From Pseudomonadota bacterium (lineage in GTDB: Bacteria; UBA10199; 2-02-FULL-44-16; JBDRGF01): DNA of 16,170 nucleotides. Numbering within the stretch: position 1 is the first letter of the stretch; each line of letters starts with the position of its first letter. Both the position numbers and the translations under genes were made by a program. Location of the stretch: NCBI GenBank assembly GCA_043818055.1, contig JBDRGF010000137.1:1-16170 (forward strand). Direction: 5' to 3'. The notes beneath the pieces are model-generated. The model was not told the origin of the DNA. It searched no databases and saw only the letters and a program-made list of their open reading frames with translations. This document shows, one piece after another, positions 6,397 through 16,012 of this stretch.

Positions 6397-9300
6397 ATGA
6401 TTACTAAAAATGCCGCAAGAACACAACCAGTTAATAAACAAAAGGAAAATCAAAAGATCAGGGAGGGGATGGAGGTAAAACGCCTATTTACCAAAAAGGG
6501 GGCTAGCCCCTTTGATGAAATTTCCTATTCACTGAGGTCATCACTCATCACTAACCCGGATGGGTCGGTCGTCTTTAAGATGGATGGCGCCGAAGTTCCT
6601 GAGAGCTGGTCGCAACTGGCGACAGATATATTAGTTTCAAAGTATTTTCGTAAGCGAGGAGTGCCTGAGACGAATTTTGAGAGATCGATCAAGCAGGTAG
6701 TTGGTCGCATCACCAAGACCATCAGGAACAGGGGTGAGGCAAGCGGTGGTTATTTTGCGAATGTTGAGGATGCCGACAGCTTTGAGGATGATTTGACATT
6801 CATGCTTTTGAATCAGTACGGCGCGTTCAACTCTCCGGTCTGGTTCAACTGTGGACTCTTCGATGCTTACGGCATAGAGGGGAGCGGTGGAAACTGGACG
6901 TGGAATGCAGAGACGAATCAGATCGAAGAGACAAAAAATTCTTATGAGCATCCGCAATCGTCGGCATGCTTTATACAATCTATCGACGATGACCTGATGT
7001 CCATCTTCGAGCTCGCCAAAAATGAGGCGAAGCTCTTCAAGTTTGGATCCGGCACAGGGACGAATTTTTCAACGCTCCGCTCAAAGTATGAAAAGCTCTC
7101 CGGCGGAGGGACATCATCAGGCCTCATGTCATTTTTGGAGGTGCTCGATCGTGGTGCAGGCGCGACGAAGTCTGGTGGGACAACGCGTAGGGCAGCGAAG
7201 ATGGTCTGCCTCGACATCGATCATCCCGAGATAGTCGACTTCATCGAATGGAAGGTGAAGGAGGAGAAAAAGGCGCATGCGCTTATCGCTCAGGGATTTC
7301 CGGCCGATTTCAATGGAGAGGCCTATCACACGATCTCAGGACAGAATTCGAATAACTCGGTCAGGGTGAGTGACGATTTCATGAACGCTTATCTCAATGA
7401 CGAGGTCTGGAATACGAAGATGAGAACGACAGGTGAGGTATGTGAAAAACACAGAGCCCGCGACCTTATGAGCAGGATTGCGCAGGCGACATGGTTTTGC
7501 GCCGATCCGGCTTTGCAGTTCGATACGACGATAAATCAATGGCACACATGCAAGGACTCCGGCAGGATCAACGCATCCAACCCCTGTTCAGAGTTCATGT
7601 TTCTCGACAACACAGCTTGCAATCTGGCCAGCCTCAATCTCATGAAGTTCTACGATGAAGCCAGCCGCTCCTTCAGGGTTGAAGAGTTCATCCACGCGTG
7701 CAGGGTGTTTATCATCGCACAGGATATTCTCATCGATGCGTCGTCATATCCCACAAAGATGATAGCCGATAACAGTCATCGCTTCAGACCACTCGGCCTT
7801 GGATATTCAAATCTTGGTACGCTACTCATGGTGATGGGACTCCCGTATGATTCAAAAGGGGGGAGAGATATCTGCTCCGCTGTAACCTCACTCATGACAG
7901 CCACCGCCTACAGGACATCGAGCGAACTTTCGGCTTCGAAGGGGACATTTGATGAGTACGAAGTGAATCGCACGTCTATGGTAGAGGTGATGGGATTGCA
8001 TCGCGATCATGCGTATCAGATCTCGGAACAGGATGTGCCTCAATATATGTTAAAGGCTGCCCGCGATGAATGGGACAGGTGTCTTATAGATGGTGCTAGA
8101 TTCGGTTACAGAAATGCTCAGGTCACGGTGCTGGCGCCGACAGGCACGATAGGACTTCTCATGGATTGCGATACGACAGGTATCGAGCCAGACTTCACGC
8201 TGGTGAAGCTCAAGAAGCTTGCCGGCGGTGGATATTTTAAAATTGTCAATCAGTCAGTGCCCAAGGCGCTAAAGGCGCTTGGATATGGCAAGAAGGAGAT
8301 CGAAGAGATCATCACTTATGTCTGTGGGACGGCAAGCCTCAAGAAGGCTCCTCATATAAACGAAAAGAGTTTGAGGGATAAAGGGTTTAAAGATGGGGAT
8401 CTTGCGAAGATCGAGAAAAATTTATTCAGCGCCTTCAACCTCTCCTATGTATTCAATATGGGAAATTTAGGTGTCGATACTATAGGGAGGCTCGGATTTG
8501 TTGAAGAACAGTATGAGAATCCCTCATTTAATCTTCTTAGGGAGCTAGGCTTTTCCGATGAGCAGATCGAAATAGCCGACAATCATATCTGCGGAAATAT
8601 GACTATCGAGGGGGCGCCGCATCTTAAAAATGAACATATTTCGATATTCGATTGCGCGAATAAATGCGGCAAGAAGGGGAAACGATATCTCGCGCCAGAG
8701 GCTCATATCAAGATGATGGCGGCTGCCCAGCCCTACATCTCAGGTGCTATTTCCAAGACGATCAATCTTCCCAAGGAGATCACGCCGGTCGAAGTCGAGC
8801 GGCTCTATGTCGAATCGTGGAAGCTGGGTCTGAAATCTATCGCGTTCTATAGGGATGGATCGAAGATGGCTCAGCCACTCAACGCGACAGCGGAGGATGG
8901 AAAGAAAAAACAGGATTCAGCCGTCCCCGAATCTCTCGCCGCTACGACAACTTCTTTGAGCTCTCCGACTGTGCTTCAAAGAAAAAGGCTTCCCGGAAAG
9001 CGCACAGGTTTTACGCAAGAGGCGAGAATCGGTGGCCACAAGATCTTTGTTAGGACAGGAGAATACGATGATGGGCATCTGGGAGAGATATTCATCGATA
9101 TGCACAAAGAGGGCGCAGCGCTCAGAAGCATCATGAACTGTTTTGCGATAGCTATCTCTCTTGGCCTTCAGTATGGCGTGCCGCTTGAGGAGTATGTCGA
9201 TTGCTTCACATTCACGCGTTTCGAACCTCAGGGAGTTGTCGATCATCCCAATATCAAGATGTCGACCTCTGTTATTGATTTCGTCTTCAGGTTGCTAGGG

Positions 9301-9747
9301 ATGGAATATCTTGGCCGTACAGATTTCGTACAGGTCAAGCCGACCAGTGATGAGGATTATAAGATGGAGATGGAGCGCAGCGAGATGATGAAGGATATGC
9401 CGGAGAAGAAGAAGGATGATGATAAGGAGATCAAGAGGGAGCAGGTTCCCGAGGTTTCCCAGCCTTTGACATTGAAGCCCGATGATGATTTCGCAGACGA
9501 TTCTTTGCCGGCCATTCAGGTAGCCCCGATGATGGGTGAGATGCAGGCCTCCGCCACAGCCGGCGGGGGAGTTGTTGTGAAGCTTGATAGCAGAAGGTCA
9601 GGCAAGATTGTCGGCATGGGAGCGCTCAACGCGCAGCTTTCCGCGGTGGGCGATTCTCCATTCTGTGATCAGTGTGGCCACATGACTGTCAGAAATGGCG
9701 CTTGCTACAAGTGTCTCAATTGTGGCAATTCGATGGGATGCTCTTAA
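6397..9747 (+). CDS. nrdJ: Class II (adenosylcobalamin-dependent) ribonucleotide reductase with C-terminal TSCPD-type domain and Zn ribbon
   Basis: [29 protein letters not shown] (Asn/Cys/Glu), [46 protein letters not shown] and terminal CDQCG...[25 protein letters not shown]. Confidence 0.97.
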   Translation: MITKNAARTQPVNKQKENQKIREGMEVKRLFTKKGASPFDEISYSLRSSLITNPDGSVVFKMDGAEVPESWSQLATDILVSKYFRKRGVPETNFERSIKQVVGRITKTIRNRGEASGGYFANVEDADSFEDDLTFMLLNQYGAFNSPVWFNCGLFDAYGIEGSGGNWTWNAETNQIEETKNSYEHPQSSACFIQSIDDDLMSIFELAKNEAKLFKFGSGTGTNFSTLRSKYEKLSGGGTSSGLMSFLEVLDRGAGATKSGGTTRRAAKMVCLDIDHPEIVDFIEWKVKEEKKAHALIAQGFPADFNGEAYHTISGQNSNNSVRVSDDFMNAYLNDEVWNTKMRTTGEVCEKHRARDLMSRIAQATWFCADPALQFDTTINQWHTCKDSGRINASNPCSEFMFLDNTACNLASLNLMKFYDEASRSFRVEEFIHACRVFIIAQDILIDASSYPTKMIADNSHRFRPLGLGYSNLGTLLMVMGLPYDSKGGRDICSAVTSLMTATAYRTSSELSASKGTFDEYEVNRTSMVEVMGLHRDHAYQISEQDVPQYMLKAARDEWDRCLIDGARFGYRNAQVTVLAPTGTIGLLMDCDTTGIEPDFTLVKLKKLAGGGYFKIVNQSVPKALKALGYGKKEIEEIITYVCGTASLKKAPHINEKSLRDKGFKDGDLAKIEKNLFSAFNLSYVFNMGNLGVDTIGRLGFVEEQYENPSFNLLRELGFSDEQIEIADNHICGNMTIEGAPHLKNEHISIFDCANKCGKKGKRYLAPEAHIKMMAAAQPYISGAISKTINLPKEITPVEVERLYVESWKLGLKSIAFYRDGSKMAQPLNATAEDGKKKQDSAVPESLAATTTSLSSPTVLQRKRLPGKRTGFTQEARIGGHKIFVRTGEYDDGHLGEIFIDMHKEGAALRSIMNCFAIAISLGLQYGVPLEEYVDCFTFTRFEPQGVVDHPNIKMSTSVIDFVFRLLGMEYLGRTDFVQVKPTSDEDYKMEMERSEMMKDMPEKKKDDDKEIKREQVPEVSQPLTLKPDDDFADDSLPAIQVAPMMGEMQASATAGGGVVVKLDSRRSGKIVGMGALNAQLSAVGDSPFCDQCGHMTVRNGACYKCLNCGNSMGCS

Positions 9748-9750
9748 ATA

Positions 9751-9785
9751 CGTATGTCGTGAAACGTTAAACGTGAAGCGTATTT
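9751..9785. repeat. Five degenerate 7-bp tandem repeats (CGTnnnn)
   Basis: CGTATGT CGTGAAA CGTTAAA CGTGAAG CGTATTT; CGT at 9751, 9758, 9765, 9772, 9779. Confidence 0.75.
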
Positions 9786-9787
9786 TT

Positions 9788-9815
9788 GTAGGGGCGGCCC
9801 GCCTTCAGGCCGCCC
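9788..9815 (+). repeat. GTAG-type REP-like palindrome
   Basis: GTAG followed by perfect 8-bp stem GGGCGGCC (9792-9799) / GGCCGCCC (9808-9815), 8-nt loop, no U tract after it. Confidence 0.65.
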
Positions 9816-9851
9816 GTGATTTATAAAAAACTCATTCAAGGAGATTGTTCT

Positions 9852-10637
9852 ATGAAACAAAAGTTTATCACAAAACCGAAAGTATATCTGGTCGGCACTC
9901 AGCAGGTGAATGATGAACACTTAAAAGAATTTCTGAATGATGAGGAGATAGCGGAGTTCACGACAGATACAGTTATCCCGGGAGAGATACTCGCCGAATC
10001 GGCTGGCCGCATCTGCTATATGTCCTTTGGGAAGGGGAGAAAGAGCAATCGTGAGTATCTCGATAATATTATCTCCAGCCATCATGGCAGTGTTCTCGAA
10101 CATGTAGTCTGGAATTTTGTGATCACAGGCATCAGCCGCTCTCTCACACACGAATTGATCAGGCACAGGGCGGGCTTTGCATATTCACAGCTATCGCAGC
10201 GCTATGTCGATGAGTCGGATGCACAATTTGTATGTCCTCCGCTTTATGTGGATCATCCTGAATTGAAAAAGAAGTGGGAAGATATGATGGAGAGAGCTCA
10301 TAGAAATTATTGTGAGCTGGCCGATTCGACTGCCGAATATGTCAAAGAAAAATATCCAGAGCTCAAAGGGACCGACCGACGAAAGCTGGTGCGTCAATCA
10401 GCTCGATCAGTCTTGCCAAATTCAACAGAGACAAAGCTCTTCGTCTCGGCAAACGCCAGAAGCTGGCGTCACTTCCTTGAGATGCGCGGAAGCAGGCACG
10501 CCGATACCGAGATAAGGGAGTTGGCGCTCGCTATATTCAGGGTGTTAAAGCCGCAAGCCCCAAACATCTTTGCTGATATGGATATTGTGAAAGATGAAGG
10601 CGTAGAAGAGATCCGAGTGACTCACTCAAAGGTTTAA
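9852..10637 (+). CDS. thyX: FAD-dependent thymidylate synthase
   Basis: AGRICYMS, HGSVLEH, ThyX motif ELIRHRAGFAYSQLSQRY, ARSVLPNS, NARSWRHFLEMR...EIR; ATG 9852 has an AAGGAG SD (preferred over GTG 9816). Confidence 0.96.
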   Translation: MKQKFITKPKVYLVGTQQVNDEHLKEFLNDEEIAEFTTDTVIPGEILAESAGRICYMSFGKGRKSNREYLDNIISSHHGSVLEHVVWNFVITGISRSLTHELIRHRAGFAYSQLSQRYVDESDAQFVCPPLYVDHPELKKKWEDMMERAHRNYCELADSTAEYVKEKYPELKGTDRRKLVRQSARSVLPNSTETKLFVSANARSWRHFLEMRGSRHADTEIRELALAIFRVLKPQAPNIFADMDIVKDEGVEEIRVTHSKV

Positions 10638-11260
10638 CTATAAATTTTCCCCCACCATTTTTTCGTATGCAGTGTCATGCGGTAGGAAAAAAAAGCGATG
10701 GCTATTCCTGCGACAACATCGACGATATAATGCTGTTTAACGAAAAGGACTGAAAGGGATATCCATACGAAGAAGAATGCAAAAAGCCATCTCAATATTT
10801 TGTGTGAGTGCCATGTGAGGAGCAGCGCCATGGTCGGGTAGGCCACGTGGAGGGATGGAAAACAGTTATATGGTTCATCTATCGTATAATACAATTTCGT
10901 CAGCGTGATGAAGAATCCATGCTCATGTGAAAGATCAGGCCTCATGATCATCTTAACAGGCAGTAATAGAAAGAAGATATAGCAGATCGTAGTCATGAGC
11001 CACATCGCGACAACGCCCTGAAAATATTCGGGTTCCCCTCTCAAGCAAATGTATAATATGAGGATGCTGAAATAAACCGATGTGTATCCGAGTATGAACT
11101 CAGGGATGAAGGGTATTCTGTAGTCGAGATTTGTTGCCAGAAGATAGTAGTCTCCACGATTTAGAGAGAGCCAGTTGATACCCAAATATCCGAGGGCAAA
11201 ATATAAGATTAGAAATATAAACCAGAAATTTCTGTTTTGAAGTGGGATTTTTTTAAGCAT
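10634..11260 (-). CDS. PAP2-superfamily membrane phosphatase/phosphotransferase
   Basis: Multiple TM segments; NCFPSLHVA and KQHYIVDVVAG motifs. Start uncertain (ATG 11260 chosen; ORF extends to 11335). Confidence 0.85.
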   Translation of the reverse strand: MLKKIPLQNRNFWFIFLILYFALGYLGINWLSLNRGDYYLLATNLDYRIPFIPEFILGYTSVYFSILILYICLRGEPEYFQGVVAMWLMTTICYIFFLLLPVKMIMRPDLSHEHGFFITLTKLYYTIDEPYNCFPSLHVAYPTMALLLTWHSHKILRWLFAFFFVWISLSVLFVKQHYIVDVVAGIAIAFFSYRMTLHTKKWWGKIYS

Positions 11261-11381
11261 AAGTGTGTCAATATCAAAGCAGTTAATTTGTGCCAAGCAA
11301 AATTTGCAATTGAGTTGACAAAAGGACTGAGGCAATGCACAAAAACGTCATTGTACAGTGGTCAATCAAAAAGGAGTGAAA

Positions 11382-11609
11382 ATGGATAAAGAAAAAGTAA
11401 AAAAGGTTTTGGCTGAGAAGGTGGCGCCACGTCTCGCGGCAGATGGCGGTGGCGTTGAGCTGGTGGAGATCCGTGATGATAATGTGGTCGTTGTAAAGCT
11501 CACAGGCGCCTGCGGAGGATGCCCATTCAGCACGATGACTTTAAAAGCGGTGGTAGAGGAGTTGTTGAAGGCAGAGATTCCTGAGATAGAAAAAGTTGTG
11601 ACCGCTTAA
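11382..11609 (+). CDS. NifU/Nfu-like Fe-S cluster carrier domain protein
   Basis: PRLAADGGGVELV ... LTGACGGCPFSTMTLK; ATG 11382 with AAGGAG SD. Confidence 0.93.
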   Translation: MDKEKVKKVLAEKVAPRLAADGGGVELVEIRDDNVVVVKLTGACGGCPFSTMTLKAVVEELLKAEIPEIEKVVTA

Positions 11610-12007
11610 ATAGAAAATACCGCGTTCGAAGTCTCCGATTCCCAGACTTTAACTTTGGTTATGGGAAAGCCCATATCCTTCACAGCATAGAAGATCATCT
11701 CGGCTATTTTTTCTGCTGTTGGATTACCTTCAAACGTCTTGAGGTGTTCCCCCATCTTTGAGAGCTCCTTTGCAAGGGGATCATTTTCATTGAGAAGTAG
11801 CGTATGATCGAGTTCAGTTTCTATCCATGTTCCAATCTTCGTCTTTAGTTCATCGAAATGACAGACCATTCCACTTTCATTCAGAGTTTTGCTCCCCAGT
11901 GTGATCTTGACCTTCCCTGTATGACCATGCAGTCGCGAACATTTTCCCGGGTCATTCAGAAGCCTGTGGCCATATGAAAAGGTGAATATCTTATTTATCT
12001 TATACAT
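11606..12007 (-). CDS. queD: 6-carboxy-5,6,7,8-tetrahydropterin synthase (PTPS-I/QueD family)
   Basis: GHRL, CSRLHGH (CxxxHGH), LDHTLLN, NPTAEKIA, VWESETS; GGAGG SD. Confidence 0.9.
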   Translation of the reverse strand: MYKINKIFTFSYGHRLLNDPGKCSRLHGHTGKVKITLGSKTLNESGMVCHFDELKTKIGTWIETELDHTLLLNENDPLAKELSKMGEHLKTFEGNPTAEKIAEMIFYAVKDMGFPITKVKVWESETSNAVFSI

Positions 12008-12019
12008 ATTTTTCCTCCA

Positions 12020-12682
12020 TCAGCAGGGAATTATTTCTCCTGCTCTCTTTGAGTTTACAGTTTCAAAAATGAGTTTTGCCACTTCGTCGGGACGGGTTGC
12101 CCTGCCCTGTGGTGCTTTTTTTTGTAACTCACTCCATGTTTTATCGTCGATGCCTTCAGGGCGAGTTACTATATAAGGGGCGATAGCGTTGATTTTAACT
12201 TCAGGTCTTAAAAATTTTGCAGCAGCTTTTACAATAGTATTAACGCCCGACTTGGCTATGAAATATGGAATATATTTCGAGTAGGGACTATCAACTGAGG
12301 CATCGCTCATGATTACTATCGAGCCGCTTCCTTGTTTTTTCATCTTCAATCCGACTTCCTGAATCATGAAGAATGCCGCTTTGAGATCTACGCTTAAAGC
12401 TACGTCAAAATCCTTTTCGGTCACAGAGCCAAACTTCATCTTTTTGAAGAGCGATGCGGCATAGAGCACAGCATCCAGTCCATCCATCTTTTTCCATGCC
12501 TCTTCTATTATTTTTATTCTCTCGATTGGATCTGTTAAATCGCCATAGACTGAAATTTTTTCGGTGAGATTAGATTTTGAGGATTTGTGATGCGCCGCGA
12601 CTTTCCACTTTGCGTTTTTAAAGTATTCTAACGCTGCACTTCCGACATTGCCATCAGCACCTATTATCAGAACTTTTTTCAT
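12020..12682 (-). CDS. SDR-family oxidoreductase, pteridine reductase/FolM-like; C-terminus apparently frameshifted
   Basis: GADGNVG Rossmann motif, AASLF, YIPYFIAK (YxxxK), PEVKINAIAP; adjacent to queD. Confidence 0.8.
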   Translation of the reverse strand: MKKVLIIGADGNVGSAALEYFKNAKWKVAAHHKSSKSNLTEKISVYGDLTDPIERIKIIEEAWKKMDGLDAVLYAASLFKKMKFGSVTEKDFDVALSVDLKAAFFMIQEVGLKMKKQGSGSIVIMSDASVDSPYSKYIPYFIAKSGVNTIVKAAAKFLRPEVKINAIAPYIVTRPEGIDDKTWSELQKKAPQGRATRPDEVAKLIFETVNSKRAGEIIPC

Positions 12683-12789
12683 ATCACTGCTCTATATTAT
12701 AGTGCTTTGGATTTGCAAGTAACTTGAATGAAGACTTAACCCCCCACTTAAAGGCAAATTAACCCGTTTTTTATATGGGAGTAAAAATA

Positions 12790-12802
12790 TAACTGATTGA
12801 TA
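12790..12802 (-). promoter_or_regulatory. IHF binding site
   Basis: Minus strand TATCAATCAGTTA is an exact match to WATCAANNNNTTR, just upstream of the sigma54 motif. Confidence 0.7.
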
Positions 12803-12817
12803 TTTAACGATAAATTG

Positions 12818-12834
12818 TTGGCATAAGGTTTGCT
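12818..12834 (+). promoter_or_regulatory. Sigma54 (-24/-12) promoter
   Basis: TTGGCATAAGGTTTGCT: GG (12820-12821)-N10-GC (12832-12833), ~30 nt upstream of ATG 12863. Confidence 0.82.
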
Positions 12835-12862
12835 TAGTACAATGGCAAAAGGAGAAGTTTCT

Positions 12863-13639
12863 ATGAAGAGATTAAAATTGTTGCTGGTTCTGATTTCAAT
12901 AATTTTTATATCGGGGGTGAAAATTCCCCTCTTATATTCTGCATCTCAAAGTGGCGTGAAGTTGTTAAAGCAGGATATCTTTCTTGATAAGATTGCAGAT
13001 GATGGCTCTCTTCTCACGGAGCGTGGGACATTGAGGGTTGACATGATTTTGGAATCCAAAAAGATTGTGAATGTCGATGCCAAGTTGCTCGACGAGGCCA
13101 AAAGGGAGATCGTGTTTGACGAGCCGTTCAAATGTTCTTCTCATCAGCTTGTCGCAGGCAAGACGCTTTTTGTGAGCTGCTCGACACTTGTACCTGTCCA
13201 CCTTTATGAGGATCAGATAAAGGATGACGTTGGACATTTGGGCCTCAAATTTTCTTCCTCTGCTGGAGTAAGCGGTGGCGAATTTTCTCTTCCAGCTTCC
13301 AATTCATCTGAAATCATTCAGATTGCAGACAATATCAACTGCCCACAGTGCCCGGAAATTTTGTATATGGCCGATGGACAGATGATCACAGCAGAACTCA
13401 AGGATAAACCCAAACCGAATTTTATCATACTCTCTGATTATATCGACACTTCTAAGCCAAAGACTGATACACCTGCCGGAGCTGATAAGACAAAAAAACT
13501 TGTAGATGACGGGGCAGGTGCGTGTTCTCTCATTGATGGAGATGGATTTCATCTGAATGCAGTTTCGGAAATTATTATTGTATTAGTTGTGCTGCTCGGC
13601 GTGATATTCGGGGTAAGACAAAAGAAGAAGAGGACATAG
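12863..13639 (+). CDS. Secreted hypothetical protein with C-terminal Cys-TM-basic sorting tail
   Basis: ATG 12863 with AAGGAG SD; signal-peptide-like MKRLKLLLVLISIIF...; tail GAGACSL...IIIVLVVLLGVIFGVRQKKKRT. Confidence 0.85.
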   Translation: MKRLKLLLVLISIIFISGVKIPLLYSASQSGVKLLKQDIFLDKIADDGSLLTERGTLRVDMILESKKIVNVDAKLLDEAKREIVFDEPFKCSSHQLVAGKTLFVSCSTLVPVHLYEDQIKDDVGHLGLKFSSSAGVSGGEFSLPASNSSEIIQIADNINCPQCPEILYMADGQMITAELKDKPKPNFIILSDYIDTSKPKTDTPAGADKTKKLVDDGAGACSLIDGDGFHLNAVSEIIIVLVVLLGVIFGVRQKKKRT

Positions 13640-16012
13640 ATGCTGCGAAAGATATTTATTATATCATTACTTTTTTTATACCCAACATTCGTATACGCGG
13701 GCGATTTTCAGTGTTACTATTTTCCTAAGGGCTCTCCACCGAAAGAATATAAGGAAAAATGTGGCGATCCAACAGCTTTGCCGGCTGATATTCATGTAAA
13801 ATTTGTGAAAGATTCTATAGAAAAATGGTTAAAAAAATATAGCAAGTCTGATAGCGCTGCACTTTATACAACGATGAAATCCAATATTGATGAATGCAGA
13901 AATTTTGTAAAAACATGGTTCGATTCATGTTTCAATCCTCCAGAATTCGATAAGCAGGAGATGTATCGTTCTAATAATGATGCTACACTTCTAATCAATG
14001 GATCAACCGGAAGTGTAAAATATATTGTAGGTGGAGATGAAAAAAATCTCTCGGAGTCAATTCCCAAAATAAGTATAACAGCACCATTGGATATCGATTT
14101 GACAAATTTTACGCCAAAAGAAAATGCATTGAACAGGCTTTTTGAATCCCCAAAATTTATTGTGCGAATGAAGAGGGGTAGTTCTGTACATACGGATTCT
14201 ATAACTGCTCCTAATTTTTCATGTGCTCTATCTAAGGATAAGAAAACAGTTGTCTGTGACGGAAAGGCAAGGCTTTCCTATTTTTTGGATGACAGCGTGC
14301 ATGATGGAGATGGAGCATCTATTGCAGCGCCAGTGTTTTTTAGCATCCTTGCCACAAAATCTTCAAAGGAGGAATTGAAGGAAATTGTAGACAATATGTT
14401 CCCATATTTTTCGATGGATATGTCTCAGTATTCATTCAAATATGTAGATGAAGAGCTGACTTATCAAAAAAGTGAAATGAGCCAGGTTACATCAGCACTG
14501 AAGGAGAATGAAGATTTTCTAAATGATTATTTCGATTTAAATGTTTATTCAAAGATATTGCAGTCTGCAACGAACCGCGAATACAATTTTGCCAAATTAC
14601 GTGTTGCGGATTGTAAGGGAGAGGGAATAGATACTGATGGTGACGGTGTGGATGATAACTGTGATTCCGACAAAGATGGAGATGGCATCATCAATCATCT
14701 GGATTCTTTTGTTGCAGATACCACTCCTGAATATTCCGTCTGGGCAGACGATGTTGTACGAATATGTAATAAGAATGATGGTTGCGTGAATGAAAGTGTG
14801 AATAAATTTGATTACATTGGAAGACCGAACTGGATGTTCCTTTTTTTGGAATTCAAAATGAATCATGATATTTGTGACCAGAAGGATGAAGAGCTCAAGG
14901 TTGTAAGAACCACTTTCACCATCGATGGGAAAGAGCTCAGCAAAGGCGAGATCGATGCAAAGTCATGTGATAAAAAAGGCTGTGATTATACCTGTTCGAT
15001 TACACGGTGCGAATCAGGCGAGGTGAGATGCCGTCTGGTTGAGAAGGATGATATCACAAAGGAGGCGCTTTTTGGTACAAAGGAGAGTCCAAAGATTACA
15101 CTGATTTCAGTGATCGGTAAAAATGGCGTTGAGCTCGCATCGAACATGATTCTCAATACCGTACAGTCAAATCCGGAGCGGGTTTTCCTCGATTATACCA
15201 ACTATCTCGTATCCACTGATAAAAAGTATCAGGCTTGGGATAAAGATGATGATGGCATAATCAATTTAGTCGATAATTGTTTATTAGTAAAAAATGAAGA
15301 TCAGGAGAATGGCGATAGCGACAGCTTTGGCGATGCCTGTGATTTCGACAGCGACGGAGATCTTATTTTGAACTATGCGGACAAGTCCCCGGATAAAAAG
15401 GATAGTTTTGGTTTCAAATTGCCGGAATTTAAGGTCTTTTCAGGATTAAAGAGAGACACCAATGTTTACGAGGCAAAGATCAGTGCTCATGGCTTTCCAA
15501 GTGGGAAAACTCAAGGTGATCAGAAAGTCGAAACTCTGGCTGTGGCTGTAATTGATGAACTCAAGGTGAAGAATGAAGATCTGTCTCGGGTTTTAAAGTT
15601 TGACGACGACACGGATAAGGATGGCATAAAGAATGACAAAGACAAATGCCCAAAGACCTATGGCATGACCGCGAGCGGTTGCCCTGACACCGATGGAGAT
15701 AGTATCATAGATGATTTGGACAACTGTCCTCTCGTTTATAACTATTCACAGCATGACGAGGATGGAGATCGCATCGGTGATGTTTGTGACATGGATGCGA
15801 TCAAGGCCTCAAAAGACAATAATAGCCTGGGTAATTCATCGGATGAAGATGGAGCGGTAAGTTCGGATGGTGCCTCCTCATGTTCTCTTACGGGAGGATC
15901 AAAGAAAGATGGGACTTTACCCCTCCTATTAATTTTAGTTTTAATTACCCTCATTTTGAGAAAAAACCGTCTCTGTTTAAATCTAAAAAAATCTTACAAA
16001 TCAATCATTTAA
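13640..16012 (+). CDS. Secreted thrombospondin type-3 repeat (Ca-binding) surface protein with C-terminal Cys-TM-basic tail
   Basis: Signal peptide ending VYA-G; DxDGDG/DNCP/DxIGDxCD clusters near 14630-14710, 15239-15395 and 15608-15795; tail SSDGASSCSL...LPLLLILVLITLILRKNR; ATG abuts the upstream TAG. Confidence 0.9.
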   Translation: MLRKIFIISLLFLYPTFVYAGDFQCYYFPKGSPPKEYKEKCGDPTALPADIHVKFVKDSIEKWLKKYSKSDSAALYTTMKSNIDECRNFVKTWFDSCFNPPEFDKQEMYRSNNDATLLINGSTGSVKYIVGGDEKNLSESIPKISITAPLDIDLTNFTPKENALNRLFESPKFIVRMKRGSSVHTDSITAPNFSCALSKDKKTVVCDGKARLSYFLDDSVHDGDGASIAAPVFFSILATKSSKEELKEIVDNMFPYFSMDMSQYSFKYVDEELTYQKSEMSQVTSALKENEDFLNDYFDLNVYSKILQSATNREYNFAKLRVADCKGEGIDTDGDGVDDNCDSDKDGDGIINHLDSFVADTTPEYSVWADDVVRICNKNDGCVNESVNKFDYIGRPNWMFLFLEFKMNHDICDQKDEELKVVRTTFTIDGKELSKGEIDAKSCDKKGCDYTCSITRCESGEVRCRLVEKDDITKEALFGTKESPKITLISVIGKNGVELASNMILNTVQSNPERVFLDYTNYLVSTDKKYQAWDKDDDGIINLVDNCLLVKNEDQENGDSDSFGDACDFDSDGDLILNYADKSPDKKDSFGFKLPEFKVFSGLKRDTNVYEAKISAHGFPSGKTQGDQKVETLAVAVIDELKVKNEDLSRVLKFDDDTDKDGIKNDKDKCPKTYGMTASGCPDTDGDSIIDDLDNCPLVYNYSQHDEDGDRIGDVCDMDAIKASKDNNSLGNSSDEDGAVSSDGASSCSLTGGSKKDGTLPLLLILVLITLILRKNRLCLNLKKSYKSII

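Noticed and set aside
6397..9747. Intein or intron in nrdJ
   Set aside because: Catalytic motifs are contiguous with no intein splice or homing-endonuclease motifs; extra length is the internal insert, TSCPD-type domain and a charged linker.
11278..11297. Sigma54-like TTGGCAC upstream of the PAP2 gene (minus strand)
   Set aside because: GG to GC spacing is 12 nt rather than the required 10.
11606..12007. PTPS-III (FolB bypass) assignment
   Set aside because: Active-site motif is CxxxHGH (PTPS-I/QueD), not ExxHGH or CExxHGH.
1927..15954. Short alternative-frame and antisense ORFs in the track (e.g. 1927-2118, 4402-4704, 6637-6978, 8917-9246, 12965-13237, 15742-15954)
   Set aside because: All are nested in longer well-supported genes and show no recognisable motifs; treated as shadow ORFs.
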